Below are positions 42,514-54,068 of a stretch of DNA of 64,000 nt, piece by piece (position 1 is the stretch's first letter; the number at the start of each line of letters is the position of its first letter). A program made the translations under genes and the position numbers. The DNA comes from Endomicrobiales bacterium (GTDB lineage Bacteria > Elusimicrobiota > Endomicrobiia > Endomicrobiales > CAWCFT01). The stretch covers positions 32,001 through 96,000 of the forward strand of contig CAWCFT010000005.1 of NCBI GenBank assembly GCA_963794945.1, written 5' to 3'. Under the pieces are notes generated by a model that was given only the letters and a program-made list of their open reading frames with translations, did no database searches and had not been told where the DNA came from.

Positions 42514-43671
42514 CTATGTTTTTTGCGTCTGCACGTCAAGTATAGCCTGCCAAACCTCATCTGCGGATATTTTATTCATACAACTGTCATTCATATGAGC
42601 GCATTGAAATTGTTTACACGGTGAACATTCCATTTTCTTATAAACGGCTATTGAAGGTTTACCGCAAGGGCCGAATTTATCCGGAGTATTTGGGCCGAAC
42701 AACCCTACAGTAGGCACACTCAAAGCCGAAGCCAAATGCATAGGGCCGCTGTCATTTCCAATAAATATTCCTGCTTTGCTTATCAAAGCGGCTAACTGCC
42801 GAATATCAAGATCACCATTGGTAACTATAATATCAGACTTACTCATTTTCTCTATAGTATCACCGATCACTTTTTCATCCCTGCTTCCAATTACAAACAC
42901 TTTCCAGCCTTGCAGACTGAGCCTGTCCGCGATATCAGCGAAACGTTCCACACCCCACCTGCGATGAACCCACGCGGCCCCTGGATGAATAACAGCTATT
43001 TTGTCATCGATGTTAATATCTTTACTTGTCAAATATTGCTGAATAAATTCAATCTCGTTTTTAGAACAAGTGTATTCCAACTGTTTGCTTAACAACTTAA
43101 TTTTAAGCGGTGTTAAAATGCTTAAATACAGATCGACTTCATGCGCCATAGGCGCGCAACATTCCATTTTAAACAACTTGCCGATCAGCGACTGCCTTAC
43201 CCTCAAGCTGCCTCTGCTGACCCTAATACGAGCGTCGCTTATGGCAGCATAAATATTACTTAATATATCACCCCGCAGATCAACAATTAAATCATAATGC
43301 CTGAAGTTAATTTCATTTATCACATCACGCATCGAGCGCAGCGGCTTGTCTTGACTTTTTCCAGCTCCGGCAATTTTAGAATGATACACAACAATTTCGT
43401 CCACAGCGTTGTTGTTTTCCAGTATTGCCTTTCCCCACCCCCCAACCACAGCCGTAATATGCGCTTGAGGATAATTTAACCTGAGATTCTTAAATACCGG
43501 CGTTGCCAAAACAACATCGCCGAAATCGCTTAAAATAAAAACAATTATGCTTCCGATATTTGCAGTTTCACTTTTATTACTATATTTAATTGCGTCAATT
43601 ATAAAAGAAATCAATATTGAAATATTAATTATTACTCTTTTGATTATATACTCGAAATGCTTTTTTATCAT
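42514..43671 (-). CDS. Glycosyltransferase family 9 (WaaF/WaaQ-like)
   Basis: FGDVVLATP, IHPGAAW..RRW, GNDSGPMHLA, LFGP, CSPC. Confidence 0.88.
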   Translation of the reverse strand: MIKKHFEYIIKRVIINISILISFIIDAIKYSNKSETANIGSIIVFILSDFGDVVLATPVFKNLRLNYPQAHITAVVGGWGKAILENNNAVDEIVVYHSKIAGAGKSQDKPLRSMRDVINEINFRHYDLIVDLRGDILSNIYAAISDARIRVSRGSLRVRQSLIGKLFKMECCAPMAHEVDLYLSILTPLKIKLLSKQLEYTCSKNEIEFIQQYLTSKDINIDDKIAVIHPGAAWVHRRWGVERFADIADRLSLQGWKVFVIGSRDEKVIGDTIEKMSKSDIIVTNGDLDIRQLAALISKAGIFIGNDSGPMHLASALSVPTVGLFGPNTPDKFGPCGKPSIAVYKKMECSPCKQFQCAHMNDSCMNKISADEVWQAILDVQTQKT

Positions 43672-43689
43672 TTTATATTACTTAATGAA

Positions 43690-45075
43690 TTATGTGATAT
43701 TTATAACGTTCGTTTTCACGCGGCAGTTATTAATATTCTGATATTTATTAACCCACAATGCTACGACAATCCAATAATAAGCGCTCGTAATGTTTCCAAG
43801 GAAGACATGCTGCGCGATAAAACTGATTATCAACAATGCAGCTGTAAGCGAACAGAGCATTGCTGATTCATAAAATAATGGGGTTCTATTTTTAGCCTCA
43901 TAGAGTGATATTTTGAATGATTTAATAATAACAACTAACATCATCGATAAAAATATCAATCCGCCAATTACACCAAGCTCTATAAACACCTGCATTATCC
44001 AGCTTTCAGGTATAAAATAGGCGTCGCTTTCAAACCTGCGCGCGAAACTAACAACACCTGTCCCTACCCCAAGGGGATGTATTTTTATCAATGCCAGTCC
44101 AGATTTGATACCATCAATATGCCCCTGGGCTGAACCCATTGAGTCGGACATAGTTACAATAGTACCAGCCCACTTAATTATTACGCTGTTATTACTATAA
44201 ATACTCACTACCGCAAAGCCTAAAACGGAAGCAAGTATCAGCTTAAGCATAAAAAGAGAAACGCGCCTTCTTAAAAACACAATCAATGTCATAAAACCCA
44301 AGGCAAATAAAATACAGATAAGCCATGATGACCTTGTATACGTCAACAGCGCAGCGGAAACAATAATTACTAATAAAATAATATTTTTCTTGAAGTTTTC
44401 CGGACCCTGTTCGATCAGTTTTTGAAATTGAATCGCGAATCCTATTGCCATAACGATCGCTACATCCCAGAAATTCAACAAGAAGGAATATATTTTCTTG
44501 AACGGCATTTCCCATCTTGAATACCCAGGAGCAAGAGGCAACATCATATCCCACAGAGGAGTGAAGTATTGTATTACGCCAAATACGGCCACAGAAATGA
44601 TTACCGCTATAATAGTATTTCTTATCAACTCTATCTCTTTATTCTGCCGCGCGACAAATCTTATGATAAAATAAGCGAAAATAAATCTTGTTTCGTAAAA
44701 AAAACCCATTAATGCCAGTTTAAAACTGCCATGTCCGGTAACAACAGGCTTTGCAAGTAATATCTCACCTTTGGAATACACAGCAAAACCAAATACAAAT
44801 AATAACGAAATAAGCATATATGCTGCTGCGGCAATATCAATTGTAGTAAAGCGTATTGAATATTTTTTTCCTTTATAATATACAACAAGAAATGAAACCG
44901 CTACAATTATTTGCGATATAAATAAATAATCGCCAAATTCTGCCCTTGTGAGATTTTGAAGAGCATAAGCCCATAAAAGAATAACAAGAAATGCACCCTT
45001 ATACCTATCATTCAATAGAACTACAGGCACCAATACTGCTAGAATGTATATCAATAACATCATTAATATTTTCAT
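43690..45075 (-). CDS. O-antigen polymerase/ligase-family (Wzy-like) membrane protein
   Basis: About 11 TMs; LTYTRSSW, HPLGVGTG, ESWIMQVFIELGVIG. Confidence 0.78.
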   Translation of the reverse strand: MKILMMLLIYILAVLVPVVLLNDRYKGAFLVILLWAYALQNLTRAEFGDYLFISQIIVAVSFLVVYYKGKKYSIRFTTIDIAAAAYMLISLLFVFGFAVYSKGEILLAKPVVTGHGSFKLALMGFFYETRFIFAYFIIRFVARQNKEIELIRNTIIAVIISVAVFGVIQYFTPLWDMMLPLAPGYSRWEMPFKKIYSFLLNFWDVAIVMAIGFAIQFQKLIEQGPENFKKNIILLVIIVSAALLTYTRSSWLICILFALGFMTLIVFLRRRVSLFMLKLILASVLGFAVVSIYSNNSVIIKWAGTIVTMSDSMGSAQGHIDGIKSGLALIKIHPLGVGTGVVSFARRFESDAYFIPESWIMQVFIELGVIGGLIFLSMMLVVIIKSFKISLYEAKNRTPLFYESAMLCSLTAALLIISFIAQHVFLGNITSAYYWIVVALWVNKYQNINNCRVKTNVINIT

Positions 45076-45846
45076 TTAATTACTATTTTCCCGTGTTATA
45101 CCATATAACTGAATATATATTAATAAATTATATATAAAACCCAACAGATTCCAGACAAGGCTGTTGATCCCGCCAAGGAACCCCAATCTTAATATATAAT
45201 TTGAAATAAAACATTTAGTCGGCACAAAGAAAATTCCAACCAGCGTGAACCTTTTGCCCTTTTCATACATCATTTTGGCTTCACGCAGAGTGTACATATT
45301 ACATTTCCCTAACCAGCGACCTATACTGTCTACTGTATAATGATCAACCCAGCCATCCAGATCGCATATTTTACTTTTCGGGATATCTTCTGACAAAACG
45401 ATGTGAATATACCTTGTCCATCTAAATTTATTTCTCATAAACCGCATTTTCCTGTCGGGCCATTCTCTTCCAAAACGCATCCATTTTCCTAAGAAATAGT
45501 TTTTAATTTTTATAGTATATACTTCATAAATACTATCTCCGAGTTTTTGCTTAAGCGCTTCCAACTCTTTAATTAGTTTTGGAGAAGCTATTTCATCTGA
45601 ATCAATATTGAATATCCATTCATTGCCACATAATCCTATAGCATAATTCCTATGTTCAGACTCATTTTCTCCCCACACTCTTTGGTAAACCCGCACTTTT
45701 GTGTATTTACAGCATATTTCAAGAGTTTTATCGCTACTGTAATCATCAACAACAATTACTTCGTCACTGAAAGAGTAAATTGATTCTATGACTCTCGCTA
45801 AGTATTTTTCGGAATTCTTTGTTAGGATATATGTAGATATTTGCAT
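45076..45846 (-). CDS. Glycosyltransferase family 2 (WaaE/KdtX-like)
   Basis: ILTKNSE, VVDDYSSDKT, WIFNIDSDE. Confidence 0.88.
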   Translation of the reverse strand: MQISTYILTKNSEKYLARVIESIYSFSDEVIVVDDYSSDKTLEICCKYTKVRVYQRVWGENESEHRNYAIGLCGNEWIFNIDSDEIASPKLIKELEALKQKLGDSIYEVYTIKIKNYFLGKWMRFGREWPDRKMRFMRNKFRWTRYIHIVLSEDIPKSKICDLDGWVDHYTVDSIGRWLGKCNMYTLREAKMMYEKGKRFTLVGIFFVPTKCFISNYILRLGFLGGINSLVWNLLGFIYNLLIYIQLYGITRENSN

Positions 45847-45925
45847 TTATTTTCTACCTAGCCCTGTATTTGTTTGAGATAATTTACATCTTAAAAGCAT
45901 ATTTTTTACAAAGCACATTAGCATT

Positions 45926-46517
45926 CTATAGTTTTCTATATAAGCGCTTAATATTATTTAATAATTCGCGCGCGAAATACTCTCTAGGTGTTTCCACACC
46001 ACTTTTTACACCCACACCGAGAACATGTATTTCAGAAACCCCGTTCCAGTAGTTCCTGACCTCAAATCGATGAACTCCATAATTACTATTTTCAAAATTA
46101 GTATTCAATTGTTTAACTTCCCCCTCCGTGCCAAACAATTGGTTTTCCGCAATTAATGCGCCATCAGTAGCATCATATATATCCCACTTTCCAATTAATT
46201 GTTCTTTAGAAGCTGTGCTGCTATACTGCGTCATTGCTTTATAACAACCTCTTGATAACGAAATATATGGCCCATATGTCAAGTAACAAGCTGTATCTTT
46301 GCCTTGAACAGCGACTCTAACAGCCCCCAGTGCTTGGTTTTTTGACTGGGACGGAAGAAGATTCGCGGCAAACACTGTCTCCTGTGTTCCCTGATTGCCA
46401 ATAAACCCTGATACGAAAATAAACACAAATACAACTATTGATAAAATGAAAATCCTTTTATCTGATAATTTATAAGTTTTCCTGGCGGCTGCAAATCCGA
46501 TCATAATTATAAATAAT
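45926..46517 (-). pseudogene. 3' fragment of the IS4-disrupted membrane protein gene
   Basis: In frame with the 47789-49140 fragment once the IS and one target duplication are removed; contains a YLTYGPY beta-sandwich-like domain. Confidence 0.8.
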
Positions 46518-47788
46518 CAGACCTGTCCGGTTAAAATTTGAATAAAATCCCCCGATCAGGTAGAATGTTTCTGCAAAGGAACAAATCTACTGACGGAGGA
46601 TTGATAAGATGCATTATAACACTATCATGAACCAATTGCAAACGTTTATTCCGAGACATCGTTTTGAAAACCTCGTTTCTCGTCATTTCGGGGACAGATA
46701 CGTCAAAACCTTCAATTGCTGGAAACAACTAACAGTCATGCTTTATGCCCAAATCAGCGGCAAGGACAGCTTGCGTGATATTGTTAATGCTTTTCTGGCG
46801 CAAGCCGGAAAGCTCTACCATGTCGGCCTTGCCATTGTGCGCCGTTCTACTCTTGCCGATGCCAACCAGAAACGCGACTACCGCATATATGAAGGGTTGT
46901 TTTATGCCTTGCTTGAACGCTGTAAGAATATAACCCCTACACACAAATTCAAGTTTAAAAACCCATTGTTCATTTTTGACGCCACAGTCATTGACTTGTG
47001 CCTGTCAATGTTTTCATGGGCAAAATTCCGCACTACCAAAGGGGCTATAAAACTGCATTGCCAGTTAGACCATGCCGGGCAGATACCCACGTTCATGGTT
47101 GTCACAGATGCCAAAAAGCACGAAATAACCGTTGCCCGTTCTTCTTTTGACATTGTGCCGGACAGCATCTACTGCATGGACAAGGGCTATATAGACTTTG
47201 CCTGGTTTAATTCAATAGACACAGTAGGCGCTTTCTTCGTTACCAGAGCCAAAGACAACATCAATTACACTGTTTCCGGACAGCATCCTGAATCATCAAA
47301 AAACAGCGTAATTTCAGATGAAATTATCGCCTTGAACGGCTTTTATCAGAAGCAGGATTATCCCAAAGAACTGCGCTTGATCCGTTACTATGACAAGCAA
47401 ACCGATAAACTGCTTGTTTTTATTACCAACAACTTCAAGCTTGCCGCTTCTACTATTGCTGGTATCTATAAAGCCCGCTGGCAAGTTGAAGTCTTTTTCA
47501 AGTGGATCAAGCAGAACCTTAAAATCAAAACATTCTTTGGCACTTCAAAGAACGCTGTGCTTACGCAGATCTGGATTGCCATGTGCTACTACTTGCTTCT
47601 GTCTTACATCAAATATCAGTCAAAATATAAATATTCACTGTTCTACCTGCACAAAGTCATTCAGGAAACGCTTCTTGAACGCCTCAATCTCATTGACTTA
47701 CTTAATTTGAATGATCGATTGCTGCCTAAAATCAAAAACACAGACCGCCAACTAACAATGGCGTTCGCTTTTTAACCGGACAGAAGTG
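46518..47788 (+). mobile_element. IS4-family insertion sequence, copy 2 (1271 bp)
   Basis: IRs CAGACCTGTCCGGTTAAAA / CACTTCTGTCCGGTTAAAA; 9-bp target duplication ATAAATAAT at 46509-46517 and 47789-47797. Confidence 0.95.
46609..47775 (+). CDS. IS4-family DDE transposase
   Basis: Same 388-aa protein as 12638-13804. Confidence 0.95.
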   Translation: MHYNTIMNQLQTFIPRHRFENLVSRHFGDRYVKTFNCWKQLTVMLYAQISGKDSLRDIVNAFLAQAGKLYHVGLAIVRRSTLADANQKRDYRIYEGLFYALLERCKNITPTHKFKFKNPLFIFDATVIDLCLSMFSWAKFRTTKGAIKLHCQLDHAGQIPTFMVVTDAKKHEITVARSSFDIVPDSIYCMDKGYIDFAWFNSIDTVGAFFVTRAKDNINYTVSGQHPESSKNSVISDEIIALNGFYQKQDYPKELRLIRYYDKQTDKLLVFITNNFKLAASTIAGIYKARWQVEVFFKWIKQNLKIKTFFGTSKNAVLTQIWIAMCYYLLLSYIKYQSKYKYSLFYLHKVIQETLLERLNLIDLLNLNDRLLPKIKNTDRQLTMAFAF

Positions 47789-49140
47789 ATAAATAATATA
47801 ACAGCACACCACGCATAGTTGGGGCCGTAACTAAATGCCCAATCAGCATTATAAAATGCCGGCAGCCACGAATGGATCGGAAAATAAAATATAGAATAGT
47901 TAGCTAACCACGTAGCCGAGGTCTTATTATACAGATCAATATTTCCTAATAAATATTGGTATTGGAATAGGAAATATACCTGCAGCAAGATAGAAAAACC
48001 AGTAATTGTCCAAAATACTTTTTGATTTGCTTGCGCCAGCCTTATTAACCCGATTAAGGTTGGCAGAAAGAACACAATAACCGCTGACCAGCCAAATCTA
48101 CCTGAAAAACTCCCGCCTCCATACCAATTTGTGTGCATGGCGTTTGGAACTATTAACGACAGGAACACTAGCAACCATATAACAGCTAATGTTCTTTTTT
48201 CTTTGAAAAGATTTCCAATATAAAACAAACCCACGAACATTACAGGGTTTTGGAACAACAAGCCTTGATTTTGGTCAAAAAACAGCCCTAGCAACACCAT
48301 TAATGAAGTTTTGCTCAATTCCAATGCTCCTGATTGATAAGGCCCTGACATATTTCCGAATGCATATTTGTTATATATAGCAAGGGCAATAAAAGATAAT
48401 ACCGCAGGAATAAATAATACTAATACACGCTTTATGCTTTTAGATTCATAAAATATTTTCAAAACAAGAGCAATAACCAGCAGTAAAGCCGCAGCCGCAA
48501 ATTTTATCTGCAGCCATGGCAAAAACATAACAATAGATACCCAGATAGCTTCTATTATAAGCGTCCTACTTATTTTTGTTGTTGCAAACCAATATAATGC
48601 ACTCAACGCAATAATTCCTGCTAAAATATCGGGGTAAACCTGATTTGAACTCGGTACTAACGGCAGCCCTACACATAAAATGAGCGTAGAAAACAACCTG
48701 GTTTCCACATCTTCGCTGTATATGCCTGAAATATGCCAGACAATTACTATGGCTATTCCGCTTAGCAGTACCATAATGACCTTCACCCCAATAACACCCC
48801 AAAGCATAAAAGGAAGAGATATAACAAGCGGAAGCCCTATATTATGTACATTGAATAGGCCGTGCGGCCCTTTGACTGCGTGAGTATTTTCTGGAGACGG
48901 GTTTGAGTTTGGAGTTGCTAAGCCGGTTGGATAAATTACTTTTGATCTAAATTCGTCCCTATATGGAAAAGTTTGTTCAAGAGAACCATATTTAGCTATG
49001 CCGCTTGCCATCACAAGATAATGGGGTTCATCACCATTAATAGGATTCTTGCCCATATTGTTCCAAATAAGATATGTAGACAGTGAAAATATGTAATAAA
49101 CCATTAACAGCAACCCTAGAGCCACAGTGGTTCTTTTCAT
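47789..49140 (-). pseudogene. 5' fragment of an IS4-disrupted polytopic membrane protein (GT-C-like glycosyltransferase)
   Basis: GDEPHY motif after TM1, many TMs, YGGGSFSGRF; the ORF runs into the IS end. Confidence 0.75.
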
Positions 49141-49153
49141 TATTATTCCCTGT

Positions 49154-50227
49154 TTAGAATGTTTTTCCAGCTAATTTTAAATATACAGAGCCTAATGTGG
49201 AAATACTTATTTTCTCATTATATTTCTGTCTTACAAAATTACCAATCCTTTCGCCATCCTTATTATCAACCACTTTCATTATTCCGTTCTGAATACTTTT
49301 TAAGTTTCGAGGATTGCAATATACAGCATTATCGCCAAAATATTCCCTTACTGGCTTACAGTCTCCTACAAGGATAGGTTTATTGAACACTGCAGCTTCC
49401 AAATTGGCAATGCCTGGCGTTTCAATAATACTCGGCATTACATGCGCCGCGCAATATTTATACGCTGACTTCAGCAGGTTGGATTCCCTGTTTACATAGG
49501 GGATATGGACTATTGATTTTCGATTACTATCAATAAGCTTTCTTAACTCTTCATTTTCGGACCGCCTTCTAAATCTGTAATCTCCAATTAAAACAAGTTT
49601 TTTGTTTATTTTATCGGCCACATTTAAATAAGCCTGCACTAATTTAAAAGTATTTTTTCTGTCATCCATAAAACCAACACATAACAAATATTCACCATCG
49701 AGTTTGTTCTGAGCTAAAAAGGCGTCATTAGCGCGGCTGCTCACGTGTTCACTAAAACCCTCTTCGACGAAATTGTAAACCACATTAAACTTGTTTTCAG
49801 TAATATTAAATATTTTAATTAGCTGGGATCGTTCCGCAATGCTATTTACCACGACCGCATCACAATTATCATATATCATTTTTTTGTAGCTGAAGTAATT
49901 CGGGATTGGGATAATTTTTGATATTTTAGCCGCGAGTGACATACTGTTTTCATTTGGACAATAAAACGTCGGGCTTATAACTATCTTTGCTTTTTGATAA
50001 TTAGCTTTTAGAACCCTTATCAAATCACAATACCAATTACTTTGGCCAAAAAGATGAACCACATCATATGTATGCGCCTTCTCCCTATCCCACATGTCAA
50101 TCATTTGAATATTTATGACATCTTTAAACATTTCATTCATATAATTGCGGTACGACAATAACTGTATTTCCATACCGCCAAACTGCAAACTAAAAGGATA
50201 CGATGAAATGTATGCGATGTTTATCAC
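49154..50227 (-). CDS. Glycosyltransferase family 4
   Basis: GGMEIQ, RKN, PSIIETPGIANLEAA; GTG start. Confidence 0.85.
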   Translation of the reverse strand: MINIAYISSYPFSLQFGGMEIQLLSYRNYMNEMFKDVINIQMIDMWDREKAHTYDVVHLFGQSNWYCDLIRVLKANYQKAKIVISPTFYCPNENSMSLAAKISKIIPIPNYFSYKKMIYDNCDAVVVNSIAERSQLIKIFNITENKFNVVYNFVEEGFSEHVSSRANDAFLAQNKLDGEYLLCVGFMDDRKNTFKLVQAYLNVADKINKKLVLIGDYRFRRRSENEELRKLIDSNRKSIVHIPYVNRESNLLKSAYKYCAAHVMPSIIETPGIANLEAAVFNKPILVGDCKPVREYFGDNAVYCNPRNLKSIQNGIMKVVDNKDGERIGNFVRQKYNEKISISTLGSVYLKLAGKTF

Positions 50228-50229
50228 TG

Positions 50230-51471
50230 CTAAGACTCCAGGGCAAATATATCTTTAATCTGCCTTGCAACATTATTTGGATCAAATATTGATCTTTTAG
50301 AGATTATGTTTTTACACTGTTCGCGGTATTTTTCTTCTGGAAACTTTTTAATGATTGCCCGAATCAGCTCTTTCATTTCCTGTAGATTATTACAAAGATA
50401 ACCGATATCTCCCATCTCATTAAAATAATGTTCAATATATGTATTACGCAAAAATATTCCTGGTTTCACAAACGAAAGCGTATCTATAAATGTTCCAGTC
50501 CCGGCCAACTTGCAGCGTTCAGGATCACCAGCCCATATAACATAAGTTACATTATTAACACGTGAACGATATTCTTCTGATGTTAATGGTTTATACGACA
50601 AGCCTAACACAGCATCACCACTTCCTTGTTTTAAATACTTAAAATATCTTACAGAATTCTTGCTCGGAAATATTCGCCTGATTATCCCGTGTTTGGAAGG
50701 ATACAAATGTCCAACGAATTGAAACTCAGCATTACCCACATTATTATTGGTTGCAAATTCATTAGCCAAAGTTTCAAATCGCTCAAATCCCTTTAGATCA
50801 GAACCTAAAAACCCAAATCGTATCTTCTGCTTGATCTTATCCGTCATATTATTATCAGCAATATTAAACCAGAAACTTGGGATGTCTATTGTAACGAACT
50901 GGTCTTTTAAATATCCGTTGTTTACCATTAATTGTTTATATATAGGCACACCGTGAATAATATAGCGTAGCTTATCAGGATGTGACAATTTTAAAACGCT
51001 TTTCAGTCCCAATACCATGTTCCATGGCTGCAATTTATACGATTTGTCAATTGAATTTAGCACGGCATGAAACACAACGAACACATTAACAGGCAACTTT
51101 TGCGCCTTCATTTGAATTTTTAGTGATAGAAGCGCAGTATTTGTTATAGAAAGAAATAGTATTGAATCAACATTGTTTTCACATGCAAATTTGAAAACAG
51201 TTTTACAGCAATTATAATCGCGCGAGAGTCTTATCCAATTTGTAAGGCTTCCCTTAGGAATAGATATTTTCTTCCATTGTATTTTATCGCAAACTATACC
51301 CCTTTCTAGAAGGTATTTTCTAACGCACACCATATGCTCTTCTTCCGCAAGAAATATAATTTCAGTTGAGGGGAACGCCAGCATCACACTCCGCAATATA
51401 GCGGCATTAAATGGAGCATGTTCAAAACCAGCACATTGCAGTTCAACTAGCAGTATTTTATTGTAAATCAT
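50230..51471 (-). CDS. Putative GT-B glycosyltransferase, divergent
   Basis: 413-aa ORF in the GT cluster; FEHAPFN, RFGFLG..KG and KPGI motifs weakly suggest GT-B. Confidence 0.55.
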   Translation of the reverse strand: MIYNKILLVELQCAGFEHAPFNAAILRSVMLAFPSTEIIFLAEEEHMVCVRKYLLERGIVCDKIQWKKISIPKGSLTNWIRLSRDYNCCKTVFKFACENNVDSILFLSITNTALLSLKIQMKAQKLPVNVFVVFHAVLNSIDKSYKLQPWNMVLGLKSVLKLSHPDKLRYIIHGVPIYKQLMVNNGYLKDQFVTIDIPSFWFNIADNNMTDKIKQKIRFGFLGSDLKGFERFETLANEFATNNNVGNAEFQFVGHLYPSKHGIIRRIFPSKNSVRYFKYLKQGSGDAVLGLSYKPLTSEEYRSRVNNVTYVIWAGDPERCKLAGTGTFIDTLSFVKPGIFLRNTYIEHYFNEMGDIGYLCNNLQEMKELIRAIIKKFPEEKYREQCKNIISKRSIFDPNNVARQIKDIFALES

Positions 51472-52580
51472 GATTTCTTCTGACGAATGTTTGACACTTG
51501 TTCAATGCCCTTTAGATATTTAACCGCCGAATCAGCCCAAGCAAATTTTTTTGCTTGTTTACGCCCCCAAACGAACATTTTTTTTCTCAATTCGATATTA
51601 TTATATACTTGAATGACAGCACGAGACAAAGATTCTCTATTTCCAACTTCCGTATACAAAACTGCATCTTCACAAACTTCACGTATTGACCCAGCTTTTG
51701 TTGTAATTACTGGGCATCCCTGACCCATTGCTTCTAATGGTGGATAGCCAAATCCTTCATACCTGGAAGGATATACCAATGCCACAGCATTACGCAATAA
51801 ACCAACTAATTCCTCGTCACTCACATAGCCTTTTAGCACAACTGCCCCACTACGTTTCGCTAATTCAATATCATTATCAAGTTTTGATGAAAGAAAATAC
51901 GGCAATCCAACCACAACTAATGGTACGTTTACAATTTTTCTTGTATACAAATCATTATACATTGGAATTAGAATATCTAGTCCTTTTCTCCTTTCAAATC
52001 CACCAACATATATAAAATGTTTTTTGTTAGACACTTCGAATTGTGACTCTCTATATTCAGGCAACAGGCTGGCTGGATACACCACCAATGGCTCACTTTT
52101 TAGCATAAAGCTTTTTACTATATCGCATTTCGAAGCCTCAGAGTCAGTGACTATTAAATCTGAATTGTCTATATTCTCCTGAATATGTTTGCAATATGTC
52201 TTTTTAGTGCTCTCATTTTTAAAATACAGTTTCTCAAGAGCAAGCGGAATAACATCATGCAGGGTAAACACTACTGAACTATTCTCATATTTTCGAATCT
52301 TATCATTATGCGGAAGCGGGAAATGTATAATATCGGGGTTTTTATACTTATTATAAATAGTAAAAAGAGAGCTCCTCCATAAACTATCAGTAATAAATGG
52401 AGCCCACAGTTGAATATCCTTTATAGTCTCAGGTAATTTTTCTGAAAAGGGTCTTCTATGTAGTGCCTCAACAACAAGCGAAGGGTTATGCCGTGCACAG
52501 GCATCATAAAGCCCTATCGTTGCTCGTCCTACACCAGTTATCTTTCCCTGTAATACACTTGCCTCAAGTGATATATGCAT
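51468..52580 (-). CDS. Glycosyltransferase family 4 (WbdA/MtfB-like)
   Basis: TGVGR, TLHDVIP, RRKG, PSRYEGFGYPPLEAM. Confidence 0.9.
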   Translation of the reverse strand: MHISLEASVLQGKITGVGRATIGLYDACARHNPSLVVEALHRRPFSEKLPETIKDIQLWAPFITDSLWRSSLFTIYNKYKNPDIIHFPLPHNDKIRKYENSSVVFTLHDVIPLALEKLYFKNESTKKTYCKHIQENIDNSDLIVTDSEASKCDIVKSFMLKSEPLVVYPASLLPEYRESQFEVSNKKHFIYVGGFERRKGLDILIPMYNDLYTRKIVNVPLVVVGLPYFLSSKLDNDIELAKRSGAVVLKGYVSDEELVGLLRNAVALVYPSRYEGFGYPPLEAMGQGCPVITTKAGSIREVCEDAVLYTEVGNRESLSRAVIQVYNNIELRKKMFVWGRKQAKKFAWADSAVKYLKGIEQVSNIRQKKS

Positions 52581-52630
52581 TTTTTTACGTAACCTTAAAA
52601 ATCAACGAAATAATCAATTCTACTTATATG

Positions 52631-54034
52631 TTATTGTACATTCTTAACGATCTCTATTTCTTTTAATGCTAAATACTTTCTAAAAATCATTGGCAAAACA
52701 ATTAAAATATTAACTGTCTCATTTGCTATTAATGCATATGCCGAAGCAACAGGCCCAAATTTTGGCAAAAATAAAATATTAATCATGACAACGACAATGA
52801 GTTGAAAAGAATTGATTAGCCAATATATGCGGACCATGCCCAAGCTATACCCGATAATCCCTACCGGGCAAGCTAACAAAGCCAAACAATAACGAAAACA
52901 TAACAATTGGCCTAGAATCACGCTACCTGAGTATTCTTTTCCGAATAAAAATGGTATCAATGACGGTGCGATAACTGCATATAAAATACCTGCGGAAACG
53001 GCAGCCAGACTGAAAGTAAACGTTTTGCGCAATAATTTCTTGATATCCTGCGCATTTACTGCACCTGAAGCTCTTGGCCATAAAGCGGTATTCAAACCAC
53101 TAAGCAATATTGTCAGTGGAAGAGTAAACCTGGATGCAACTGAATATATGCCCACCTGGTCTTTTTTAAGATAATGTCCGATAAACCATACATCCGCCTG
53201 AACAACAAGCATTACAATAATTGTTGAAAGCACTTGGTAAAATGCAAAGTTACCCATGCTCTCTTTTTTTGACCGCAAACATTCCCTGACTCGTTTGCGG
53301 GACATTTAAAAAAGTTACTAATTAACAAGTTATCGCCTTTGCCAAAAAGTGTATTCTTGGGAATCATGAACATAAAAATAGCCGCTCCGATAGCGGCCCC
53401 GAATATTGTTACAACCAGAACATTCAGTAAAGAGCAAACATGTAATAATGACACCATGAGAATCCCAGCAACCACCACTACTTTTTGTAACGAAATAACT
53501 GTTGCATTGACCCCAAATTTTCTAACTGATTGAAAATATATGGTCGGGATACCTCCAATAGTTAAGAAAATCCCTATTACTAACCCCAACCATAGGTAAG
53601 GTGTTAATGTCTTGTCATGCAATACTTTACCTGCCAGCTGTGGCGACAAAGCAACAAATCCAATCGTTACGATAAGCACAATGGCTATTCTCATCCTGAA
53701 TGCCCAACGCAAGATTGCATTACGCCATTCTTGATTATTTTGAGATAATGCAAATGACGCATAATGAATAGCGGTTTGCCCCAAACCTAAATCTGATATT
53801 GTTAAAGCAATAGCTGAAACACTCATTATGATGGCATATTTTCCCATTTCAGTTGCACCCAGAACCTCTTGCGATTAATATAGAAGCAACAAAACCCGTC
53901 GCAAGACTAACAAATTGTGGAATCATGGAAATGGCGACATCTTTAATTCCCTTTTCAGATGTTATCACCAGATTCCTTACCCGCAACAACAAACGTCCGA
54001 TATCGTTACGACTAAAATAATTTTCATTCAACAC
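52631..54034 (-). CDS. wzx: Wzx-type oligosaccharide flippase; two frameshifts (~53863 and the A7 tract at 53264-53270)
   Basis: Three consecutive ORFs reassemble as ..ILIARGLGATEMGKY..DLGLG..QADVWFIG..QVGIYSVA..FGPVASAYA. Confidence 0.8.
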
Positions 54035-54068
54035 TTATCTCACCCTTGTTTAAGAATATCTAATACTT

